Origin: Thermomicrobiales bacterium
GTDB taxonomy: Bacteria > Chloroflexota > Chloroflexia > Thermomicrobiales > UBA6265
Direction of reading: 5' to 3'
Length of the DNA stretch: 64,000 bases
Assembly: GCA_035944555.1 (NCBI GenBank)
Contig: DASZAY010000009.1
Coordinates: forward strand, 6,908 to 70,907
Position numbers and translations under genes: made by a program. Position 1 is the first letter of the stretch. Each line of letters opens with the position of its first letter. Below, piece by piece: positions 16,477 to 29,074 of the stretch. The notes beneath the pieces are model-generated. The model made no database searches and had not been told where the DNA came from. It worked only from the letters and a program-made list of their open reading frames with translations.

Positions 16477-17778
16477 TCAGGGCGTCGCCGGAGCGACGGC
16501 GAGCGGGTCCTCATCGTCACGCGGAGGCTCGCGGTGGGCCTGGCGCTGGGAAGCGGCGAGCACGGGGATCATCAATCCACCCATGACGATCGCGATGACC
16601 AGCGGGACCCGGGGGCCGATCTCGTAGATGAAGCCGGCCAGGATCGGCGCAGTCGAGAAGGCCGTCCCGCCGAGCAGCTCGATCAGGGCGAACCCCCGGG
16701 AGCGGTCGGCCGGACGAGCCTGGGCGCCCATCGCTGACGAGAACAAGGTCCAGGCCGAGAAGACGCAGCCGCGCAGGATGAACGCGACGATCAGCAGTGG
16801 AGTCCAGGCGGTCTGGGTGAAGATGGCGAACCCGGCAATCGTCAGCGCCACCGCGAGCGCCGCTCCGAGGAACTGGTTCTGTTGCATCCAGCGCGACCGT
16901 GAGACCGCAAATCCGAACGAGACGGTACCGATCGCCTGCAGGGCGGCGTACTGGGCGATGCGCGCTTCCGGGATCCCGCGAACATTCTCGAGGTAATAGG
17001 GGAGTAGTGAGATCCCGATGCCGAGCGACAGGATCGTGGCAGCATGCAGGATCACGATCCGGCGCAGGCGGGAGTCGCTGAGGGCCTGCCGGTAACTGGA
17101 CGTCGCCACGGGTTCGACGGCGGCGGAGTCGGCGGTCGTCGTGGTACGCGCGACCCGACGCCGAGCCAGCCAGGCCAGTGGCCTCGGCGCTGCCGGCAAG
17201 TTTCTGAGCGCCGCGAAGCAGCCGACCGACGCCAGGGTGAACATGGCGGTCGTGAAGATCGCGCCGCGCAGCCCAAACTCGCCGATCACGGCGCCGGCGA
17301 CCAGCGGACCAAGACCGAGCGCGACCCCGGGTCCGACGACGAAGATCAGGGCGAAGATCCGGGTGGTATCGCCTTTGGCTTGTCCCGCGACGTGGGCCTG
17401 GATTTGCGGAAAGGCGATCTCGCCGACGCCGAGTGCCGCGACGACCGGCAGAAGCATCCGCCAGTCCTGCGCGAAGACGGCGAAGAAGTAGCCGGCGAAG
17501 GCGATCGTGCGTGCACCGACGAGGACGATGCGCGAGCCGAGGCGATCGGCGATGGCCGCGGACGGCGGCATGATCACCAGCCGGATGATGCCCGACGCAC
17601 CAACGATGAAGCCGACGACGGGAACCGAGGCGCCCAGCGAGGCGATGTAAAGCGGCCAGATGCTCCAGTAGGCGCTGAACGCCGCCTCGACGAAGAACAT
17701 GGCCCAGAAGGCAAAACCAAGCTCTCGCCCGAGACCGAAATGCCACTGCGGGATCTGCACCCGCCCGATCCGATTCAC
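16477..17778 (-). CDS. MFS transporter
   Basis: About 12 hydrophobic segments. The start is uncertain: GTG 17778 was chosen because it sits just before TM1, ATG 17898 is possible, and the ORF track uses 18003. Confidence 0.7.
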   Translation of the reverse strand: MNRIGRVQIPQWHFGLGRELGFAFWAMFFVEAAFSAYWSIWPLYIASLGASVPVVGFIVGASGIIRLVIMPPSAAIADRLGSRIVLVGARTIAFAGYFFAVFAQDWRMLLPVVAALGVGEIAFPQIQAHVAGQAKGDTTRIFALIFVVGPGVALGLGPLVAGAVIGEFGLRGAIFTTAMFTLASVGCFAALRNLPAAPRPLAWLARRRVARTTTTADSAAVEPVATSSYRQALSDSRLRRIVILHAATILSLGIGISLLPYYLENVRGIPEARIAQYAALQAIGTVSFGFAVSRSRWMQQNQFLGAALAVALTIAGFAIFTQTAWTPLLIVAFILRGCVFSAWTLFSSAMGAQARPADRSRGFALIELLGGTAFSTAPILAGFIYEIGPRVPLVIAIVMGGLMIPVLAASQRQAHREPPRDDEDPLAVAPATP

Positions 17779-17968
17779 GTCTTCAACCCCGCCAAGCTGT
17801 CCGGTCCGCCCCGGATCCAACGCGCGCGACGACCTGACGGGCGATACTTCGCGCGCCGGGCGTTCCCTGTGGCCGTTCTGCACAGTTGCGGCGCGCATTG
17901 TCGCGCAAACGGACTGAAGGCGTTTGGCTCCCTGCCGCCGCCGCCACCCCGTGAGACCGAGGAACCGC

Positions 17969-18751
17969 GTGTCCGAGCATCCCGTCGCCAGCGATCCTGC
18001 CACCCTGCCCTTCCGGGTCGACTCCCTTCGGGAGGCCTACGCCTGGGTTGACGCCAATCCGTCAGCTTCTGGGCCATGGACGATCGCGTCCGAGCAACGC
18101 TCGTCCAGCGCGGCGGGAATCCTGACGATGGGATTGACCGCGCCGGATGGGGATGGCGCCACGGTCCGGTTCGAGACCGGGCACTTCGGCGCGTCAGGTG
18201 GTCGGCAGCGTCTCGGTGTGGACCCGACCCAGGCGCTGGACGAACTCATGGCGAAGGTCGCGGAGTACGCCGCGGCCAATCCCCCGCATCACCCGGGTTC
18301 GCTGCCACGCTTTCCGGTCCCGTCACCGCGCTACGCCGGCGCGGTCGAGGTCCCGCTCGCCATCCTCGCCACCGACGATGCCGGCCGGCCGGGCCTGTTC
18401 GCTCCGGCCAAGGTGGTCGTCGTGCGCCTGGAGGACGGACAGCCGATCGGCATCGGCGACTACCCAGGCTTCGATCCTGAGGTCTGGCCGCCCGCCCGGC
18501 TGGGCGACTGGCCCCCATCCGGAACGACCGGCATGAGCCGCCCGCGGCTCGCCGCCACGGTGGCCCGATTCAACGGGGTCTGGCTGCGTCTACTCGAAGC
18601 CGCCGTTGCTTCCACGACATATCCACAGATCCATGCTGAAAGAGACGAAGCCGCTCGCCTGCTCGCGGCGCTCGAACTGGACGGGATGAGCAGGATCTAC
18701 CGGACGCTGAATCCGGCGTTCTGGTCAACCCTGGGCGGCCGTGACGTCTGA
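17969..18751 (+). CDS. hypothetical protein
   Basis: ORF 17924..18751. The start was set at GTG 17969, preceded by GAGGA 5 nt upstream. I recognised no family. It is divergent from the MFS gene. Confidence 0.45.
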   Translation: MSEHPVASDPATLPFRVDSLREAYAWVDANPSASGPWTIASEQRSSSAAGILTMGLTAPDGDGATVRFETGHFGASGGRQRLGVDPTQALDELMAKVAEYAAANPPHHPGSLPRFPVPSPRYAGAVEVPLAILATDDAGRPGLFAPAKVVVVRLEDGQPIGIGDYPGFDPEVWPPARLGDWPPSGTTGMSRPRLAATVARFNGVWLRLLEAAVASTTYPQIHAERDEAARLLAALELDGMSRIYRTLNPAFWSTLGGRDV

Positions 18752-18968
18752 GTTACAGCGGCAACGCATCCGGAGCGACCGCGGAGGCATCGGGTTGCTC
18801 GGGAACCGGGCCGCAGCTGGTGGTCTGGCTGCCTGCAACGGTTAGATGGAGCCGCGCGCATTTCCCGGGCGAGGGCTGGATACTGGTTCGCCACCGTCAA
18901 CGACGTCGTGTCGGGCCGGAAAACCGGTGTCGCCCGGTCGATCTGATCACGCTCGGTGACAGCGATAT

Positions 18969-19013
18969 CTTGACACGGTTCGTATCAACATCTATCCTAT
19001 ACATCGTAGTATA
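18969..19013 (+). promoter_or_regulatory. hspR-clpB promoter (TTGACA-N17-TATCCT) with overlapping inverted repeats (HAIR-like candidate HspR operator)
   Basis: CTTGACA-N7-TATCAAC at 18969-18989 overlaps the -35 hexamer; compare the HAIR consensus CTTGAGT-N7-ACTCAAG. The -10 hexamer TATCCT lies at 18993-18998. A second repeat, TATAC-N6-GUAUA, lies at 18998-19013. Confidence 0.5.
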
Positions 19014-19028
19014 CGGAGGATGAACCCG

Positions 19029-19490
19029 ATGGGACCGCGTCACGCCGAACCCCTCTTCGTTATCAGCGTCGCGGCCCGCCTCGTTGAGATGCACCCCCAG
19101 ACGCTCCGCAAGTATGAGCGTGAGGGATTGATCGCCCCGTCCCGGACGCAGGGCAACCTGCGCCTGTATTCCGACCGCGACATCGAGCGGTTGCGGCAGG
19201 TGAAGTACCTGGTCGAGCAGCGCGGCCTGAACCTGGCCGGCGTCCAGCTTGCCCTCGAACTCACCCAGCGCCTCCGTGAGCGTCGCGCTCGCCTGGGACA
19301 GGCGCTGGTCGATGCCCAGAAGTCGGGGACAAGCGATCCGGCGGCGGCGGGTCTCTTCGATGCGCTAGCTGAGTCCTGGGACGACCTGCACCTTGTGCTG
19401 GCACACCTCGGACATATCGACCAGAACCCTGAGTCCACCACCCGGCCTCGGCGGCAGAGCAGCGAATCAGCGGCGACCGCCCAGGACTGA
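19029..19490 (+). CDS. hspR: MerR-family heat-shock transcriptional repressor HspR
   Basis: LFVISVAARLVEMHPQTLRKYEREGLIAPSRTQGNLRLYSDRDIERLRQVKYL is the HspR-type MerR HTH, and the gene sits directly upstream of clpB. The start was set at the second ATG (19029), 9 nt after GGAGG. Confidence 0.85.
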   Translation: MGPRHAEPLFVISVAARLVEMHPQTLRKYEREGLIAPSRTQGNLRLYSDRDIERLRQVKYLVEQRGLNLAGVQLALELTQRLRERRARLGQALVDAQKSGTSDPAAAGLFDALAESWDDLHLVLAHLGHIDQNPESTTRPRRQSSESAATAQD

Positions 19491-19641
19491 TTCGCCGGTC
19501 AGCCATCCGCGACCAACCTGCCGACTTTTCGTCGAAACGCGTCCACCACTGGATCAGACACTGGGGTCTGCGGCCCGGTCCGATCCAGCGTAGCCATGCC
19601 AATCGCCCATCGTGATCTGAACCTGACTTCAGGAGAGGTAC

Positions 19642-22260
<2,619 letters not shown>

Positions 22261-22298
22261 CGGAATCAACCTGCGCACACGTAACCGATCCTGCATGC

Positions 22299-22328
22299 GA
22301 CGCCCCCGGCCACACGGCCGGGGGCGTC
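22299..22328 (+). terminator. hairpin terminator after clpB
   Basis: GACGCCCCCGGCC-ACAC-GGCCGGGGGCGUC, a 13-bp perfect stem with a weak U-tract. Confidence 0.6.
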
Positions 22329-22519
22329 GTTCGTGCGGGACCGGGTTCAGCCGCCATGGACGGGCAGAATGTCTCCATAGTCATACATTCGTCACAGGCG
22401 GCAGGTACGGTAGGTGGGCAGCAGGCGACCAGGCGGTCGATCCTGGCGCCAGGCGGCGACCTGTCCACTGGTTGGACGGTCATCCGGTGTTGTCTGGCAG
22501 ACGAGACGGAGGAAAGACG

Positions 22520-24544
22520 TTGGACGATTCGCGGATCCGACCAGCACGGCATTGGTCGCTGACTCTCCGGGGGCTCGCGGTAGCGATCCTCCTCTGTGGC
22601 GCGTTCTCCACGACGGTATTCGCCGCCAGCCAGTCCGACGTCAACCAGGGTGCGACGCCCGCGGCAGGCGACGGGACGACCGACTCCACTTCGGCCGCGG
22701 CTCCGGCTGATTCGCAGGCCTTCGTCACGCTGAATCTCGATCCGGAATCCGCCCAGTTCCAGGACAGCGCTGAGCTCTCCGAGCGAGCCGGGTTCAACGA
22801 TCTCGTCGCGTCGTTCCTCGATCTCGGCGACGTCGAGGCTCAGCAGATCGAGGCGCTCCTCTCGACCCTGGCGCTGACCGAAATCGGCGTCGCCATCCCG
22901 CCTGTGGACATCGAGGCGGTCGAGGCCGCGTCGACGGCCGCCGCCAACCAGGACCCCACCGCGGCCACCGACATCGCCGAGACGGCGACCGTCGCCGTGA
23001 TCCTGGCGTCGTCCGACGCAGAGACGGCCTTCGGATTCCTGACCGAGCAGCTTCCGGCTCTGGCCGGTCTGCCGGCCGACGAGGTTTCCGAGTCCGATTA
23101 CGAGGGCGTGACGATCGTCCAGCTCGGCGCGGGCGACGCCGGCGATCTGCCGGTCTACCTGGCCCAGGTCGATGACCTGATCGTCGTCTCGCCGACCGAG
23201 ACCGAGATCCAGGACTCGATTGACGCCGCCCGGGGCAATGCCGACGACATCACCACCAACGCCGGCTACCAGCAGGTGACCGAGGTGATCGGTGGCGAGT
23301 CGATGCTGTTCAGCTACGCGGACAGCGCATCGGCCTTCAATGACCCGGCCTACCAGGAGTTCCTCTCGGGTATGGCGCTCGATCCCGCACTGCTCGGGTC
23401 GTTTGCCGGCTACAGCGGCCTCCGGGTCTATGCCGACATCGCCGCCCCGGGGTTCCGGGTCGATACCGTTCATGTCCCGGTCGGTGCGGCCGGCGGCACG
23501 CCGGTGGCCATCCCCGAGTACTCCTCGGGGATGACCGCGCAGGTGCCGGACAGCACCATGATCTACCTCGGTGGGAACGATCTCGGTGCGATGCTCGCGC
23601 CGATCATCTCGATCGGGATCGCATCGGGAGCCGCCAGCCAGGCGATCTACGCGCTCGACGGATCGTCGGACGATGGCGCTGCGGTGGCGGGGACGCCCGA
23701 ACTGACCGAGGACGAGAACTACGACGGCATCGCGAACCTGATCAACAGCTACGTGACGCTCCTGGCCGGCGAGTACGTCGTCGCCATCGGCGCCCCGGAC
23801 ATGGACACCCTTAACGATCCCAACAGCCTGTTCGCGCTGTTCGCCACCGAAGTCAGCGACTCCGCTCCGTTCGAGCCGCTCATCGACCCGATTGGCGAGC
23901 TCCTGTTCGGCGCAGATCAGACGGTCAGCGTCACCACCGAGCAGATCAACGGCAATGAGATCTACACCGTCGGCTCCGCGGACCGCGAGGCTGGCACTGG
24001 GGACGTGACGTTCTCCTACGGCATCGTCGACGGCCAGCTTGTCCTCGGCCTGGGCGACTCGGTGGAGACGTACATCAACGGTCCGGCAACCTCCCTCGCT
24101 GATGACCCGCAGTACCAGGCGACGTTCGACGCGCTTGGTGTCGACCCCGCTACCGGTGCGGTCGTCTACATCGACTTCGCCACGATGATTCCCTTGGTGC
24201 TGATGGGCGCCGAGGTCTTCGCCACCGAGGGTCCCGCCATTGCCGGCAGCCCCGGCTCCGAAGCGGACGCCGATCCTGCCTGCGCCGAGTACGCCACGCA
24301 GGGCGACGCCCAGGTTGCCTACGATGAGGACCCGGTCGGGCTGGCGGAGCTCGACCTGGACTTCGACGGCGATGCGTGTGAGGACTTCTTCAGCACCGGC
24401 TCCGGTGGCGCTACCCCGACCGCTGGTGGGGCGACCGACCCGCTGGCGATCGACTTCAGTGCCATCCTGTCCTACGGGCAGGTGACGTCCGCAGGTGACG
24501 GGTACACCACTTCCCAGGGCCTGCTGCTGCTCGAAGAGGAGTAG
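22520..24544 (+). CDS. large acidic secreted protein with a C-terminal Excalibur-type Ca-binding motif
   Basis: The start was set at TTG 22520 with GGAGGA upstream. Signal peptide LRGLAVAILLCGAFSTTVFAASQ. The C-terminus DPACAEYATQGDAQVAYDEDPVGLAELDLDFDGDACEDF matches the Excalibur DxDxDGxxCE pattern. The body possibly resembles DUF3352, from memory. Confidence 0.65.
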   Translation: MDDSRIRPARHWSLTLRGLAVAILLCGAFSTTVFAASQSDVNQGATPAAGDGTTDSTSAAAPADSQAFVTLNLDPESAQFQDSAELSERAGFNDLVASFLDLGDVEAQQIEALLSTLALTEIGVAIPPVDIEAVEAASTAAANQDPTAATDIAETATVAVILASSDAETAFGFLTEQLPALAGLPADEVSESDYEGVTIVQLGAGDAGDLPVYLAQVDDLIVVSPTETEIQDSIDAARGNADDITTNAGYQQVTEVIGGESMLFSYADSASAFNDPAYQEFLSGMALDPALLGSFAGYSGLRVYADIAAPGFRVDTVHVPVGAAGGTPVAIPEYSSGMTAQVPDSTMIYLGGNDLGAMLAPIISIGIASGAASQAIYALDGSSDDGAAVAGTPELTEDENYDGIANLINSYVTLLAGEYVVAIGAPDMDTLNDPNSLFALFATEVSDSAPFEPLIDPIGELLFGADQTVSVTTEQINGNEIYTVGSADREAGTGDVTFSYGIVDGQLVLGLGDSVETYINGPATSLADDPQYQATFDALGVDPATGAVVYIDFATMIPLVLMGAEVFATEGPAIAGSPGSEADADPACAEYATQGDAQVAYDEDPVGLAELDLDFDGDACEDFFSTGSGGATPTAGGATDPLAIDFSAILSYGQVTSAGDGYTTSQGLLLLEEE

Positions 24545-24569
24545 CCGTCGCGTCCGGCAAGCAATCTGA

Positions 24570-24608
24570 GTGACGATGCCCGGCCGGGTTTTGGCCGGGC
24601 ATCGTCAC
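24570..24608 (+). terminator. hairpin terminator after the Excalibur-protein gene
   Basis: GUGACGAUGCCCGGCC-GGGUUUU-GGCCGGGCAUCGUCAC, a 16-bp perfect stem. Confidence 0.65.
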
Positions 24609-24738
24609 TTCCCGGTACTCGGTTTACGCGCTCGGACATTGGACCGCGCGAGACAGAGGGAGCGATCCAGAGCCGGAATCCGGGGGGATAACAGGGTTCT
24701 GGTGGGCCCGGAACCGGTGTCCTTTTCACCCTCCAACC

Positions 24739-24768
24739 TTGACAGGAACCGGTCAGAGTGGCTATCCT
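24739..24768 (+). promoter_or_regulatory. hrcA-grpE-dnaK promoter (TTGACA-N18-TATCCT)
   Basis: Hexamers read directly from the sequence. The -10 hexamer is the same as at the hspR promoter. Confidence 0.6.
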
Positions 24769-24775
24769 TTCCGTG

Positions 24776-24802
24776 TTAGCACTCTCGTCGTTAGAGTGCC
24801 AA
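24776..24802 (+). promoter_or_regulatory. CIRCE operator (HrcA binding site)
   Basis: TTAGCACTC-N9-GAGTGCCAA compared with the consensus TTAGCACTC-N9-GAGTGCTAA, which is 17 of 18 positions. It lies between the -10 hexamer and the hrcA start. Confidence 0.9.
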
Positions 24803-24822
24803 CGAGGAGAAGCGCGAGACGC

Positions 24823-26085
24823 ATGACCGACCGAGTTCCAGGTGACCAGCCGAAGAGGGATGTGACACCCGGGCCTTTCCTGCCCGGCCATGCCGGTGTC
24901 CCGCGGGCGCTCGGGCCTGGTCAGCGTACGGTCCGGGCGACGGTATCCACCGTTGCGCCGATGTCAGCCGGCCGTCGCTCGTCCGCCGTCCCGGACGGTG
25001 GCGAATGGACCAGGCCCAGCGTCTTTCGCGATGTCAGCATCTCGGATCGCCAGCGGCTGATCCTGAAGCTGATCGTTCAGGAACACGTCCAGAGTGGCCG
25101 GCCAGTCGGGTCCAAGGCCCTGACCGAGAAGTACGTGCTCGGATTCTCCTCGGCGACCATCCGGAACGAGATGTCCGAGCTCGAGTCGGCCGGGTTCATC
25201 CAGTCACTGCACACCAGCGGCGGACGGGTTCCCACTGACCTCGGCTACCGGTACTTCGTCCACATGCTGATGGACACGCCCGAACTCCCGTCGGGCGACC
25301 AGATCATGATCCGCCACCAGTTCCGGCAGGTGGAGGCACAGCTCGAGCAGTGGGTAGAGCTGGCAGCGGTAGTCCTGGCCGAGACGGCCCGGTCCGTTTC
25401 CGTCGTCACCGCACCACGACCGGCGGTAGCCCGGCTGCGCCACCTGGAGCTGATCTCGCTCCAGCCGCGCCTGGCGCTCCTGATTCTGGTCACCCAGGAC
25501 AGCATGGTCCGGCAGGTCATGCTGCGCTGGCCGGAGGACACGGATCAGCCGGCGCTCAGCCAGCTGGCTGACGAGCTCGTCGGCCAGCTGAGCGGGATGA
25601 CGGTATCCGAGGTCAGGGATCAGGTCGGGCGCTCCAGTGGGGCCAAGCGGTTCGTCATCGAACGAATCGCCGCGACTCTCGGTGCGCTGGACGCAGTCGA
25701 GCAGGTCGAGATCCGGCACTCCGGACTCGAGAACGTCCTGACCCAGCCGGAGTTCGCCGGGGCGGAGTCCCAGGCACTCCTGGAGATCCTCCGGGGTGGT
25801 GGTTTCCTCAGCGCCCTGTTGCCGCAGGTCGAGAACGGTTCCGGCGTGCAGGTGTTCATCGGTGACGAGAACCCTACCTCGGAACTGCGGCGCTTCGGTG
25901 TCGTCCTCGCGACCTATGGGGTCGGCGGAGAGGTCTCCGGGCTGCTGGGTGTCCTTGGGCCGACGAGGATGGCCTATGGCCGCTCCATCTCATCGGTGCG
26001 CTACATGGCCCAGTTGATGAGTGGCCTGGTCGCGGACCTGTACGGAGGCCAGTCCCCAACCATGAACGAGCGATTCGATCAATGA
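24823..26085 (+). CDS. hrcA: heat-inducible transcription repressor HrcA (with an approximately 70-aa N-terminal extension if ATG 24823 is used)
   Basis: SDRQRLILKLIVQEHVQSGRPVGSKALTEKY...SSATIRNEMSELESAGFI...HTSGGRVPTDLGYRYFV. The alternative start is ATG 24961. Confidence 0.85.
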   Translation: MTDRVPGDQPKRDVTPGPFLPGHAGVPRALGPGQRTVRATVSTVAPMSAGRRSSAVPDGGEWTRPSVFRDVSISDRQRLILKLIVQEHVQSGRPVGSKALTEKYVLGFSSATIRNEMSELESAGFIQSLHTSGGRVPTDLGYRYFVHMLMDTPELPSGDQIMIRHQFRQVEAQLEQWVELAAVVLAETARSVSVVTAPRPAVARLRHLELISLQPRLALLILVTQDSMVRQVMLRWPEDTDQPALSQLADELVGQLSGMTVSEVRDQVGRSSGAKRFVIERIAATLGALDAVEQVEIRHSGLENVLTQPEFAGAESQALLEILRGGGFLSALLPQVENGSGVQVFIGDENPTSELRRFGVVLATYGVGGEVSGLLGVLGPTRMAYGRSISSVRYMAQLMSGLVADLYGGQSPTMNERFDQ

Positions 26086-26726
26086 AGGATGGTGACGTGA
26101 CAGACGAGCGAACGACCGGACCTGACGGCGCTGTTGGTGATACGCCCGGCAGCGCCGGGAGCAACGGTTCGGCAGATGACGCCCTCGACCTTGATCTCGA
26201 GGATTTGGTCCCGGCGGACGGCATCGACGATGAGGACATCGACATCGATGCCCTGATCGCCGAGCGCGATTCCTACCAGGACCAGTTCACCCGCGCCCGG
26301 GCCGACTACCAGAACCTGCGTCGCCGGGTCGAGAGCGAGCGGGCCACGGCGCGACAGCAGGTCGCCCGGGACATCCTGCTTCAGCTGCTGCCCGTCGTCG
26401 ACGACTTCGAGCGCGCGATGAGCAACGCCCCGACCGCCGAGGATCAGCAGACCTGGGTCTCCGGTACCCGGATGGTCGGGAAGAAGATGCTTTCGATCCT
26501 CGAGCGCAATGGTGTCCGTCGGTACGAATCCGTCGGACAGCCGTTCGACCCCCGCCGGCACGAGGCTGTGGCGACCGACGGTGCCGGGACCCATGTGGTC
26601 GAGGCGTATCAGGAGGGGTACCTCCTGGGTGACACCGTCCTCCGACCGGCCATGGTCCGGACCGGAGACGCCCCGGCGTCGTCGGGAGAGGATGGCGCGG
26701 CGGAAAGTGACCCGCCCGTCGCATGA
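26082..26726 (+). CDS. grpE: nucleotide exchange factor GrpE
   Basis: QDQFTRARADYQNLRRRVESE...LLPVVDDFERA...GYLLGDTVLRPAMV. The ATG overlaps the hrcA stop (ATGA). Confidence 0.9.
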   Translation: MKDGDVTDERTTGPDGAVGDTPGSAGSNGSADDALDLDLEDLVPADGIDDEDIDIDALIAERDSYQDQFTRARADYQNLRRRVESERATARQQVARDILLQLLPVVDDFERAMSNAPTAEDQQTWVSGTRMVGKKMLSILERNGVRRYESVGQPFDPRRHEAVATDGAGTHVVEAYQEGYLLGDTVLRPAMVRTGDAPASSGEDGAAESDPPVA

Positions 26727-26827
26727 CCGACACGGCGCGGTAACACCTTCCCGTCACTATCGATCCAGTGAATTCATGATCCTGGCGGCGCTGCTGGCGC
26801 CGCCTTCACACAACGAGAGGACCCCCA

Positions 26828-28786
<1,959 letters not shown>

Positions 28787-28837
28787 TCCCCTCTGGCGGG
28801 CGAGGCGTAGCACGCTGACCCGAGAGGCTGACAGAGA

Positions 28838-28881
28838 AGAGGGGCGTCCTGGAATCCCGGGACGCCCCTCTCCATGTTTTT
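28838..28881 (+). terminator. intrinsic terminator after dnaK
   Basis: AGAGGGGCGUCC...GGACGCCCCUCU, a 12-bp perfect stem followed by CCAUGUUUUU. No dnaJ follows. Confidence 0.75.
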
Positions 28882-29074
28882 CATCGTCGACGGTGTGGCT
28901 GCGGGTTACGCTGCCTGCTCCGTTCGTAATCCGGTCGGTCCGCTCGGCGTGTAGTGGGAGTATGCTGAACCAGCCGTTCCCGCGGCCGACGGCGCATCGT
29001 TGCGCCGGTGCCAGTCCCGTCCGGGTGGTCCGTCCCCGTCCCGCCGCCCGCGGGGATCACAAGAGGAGAACGTG

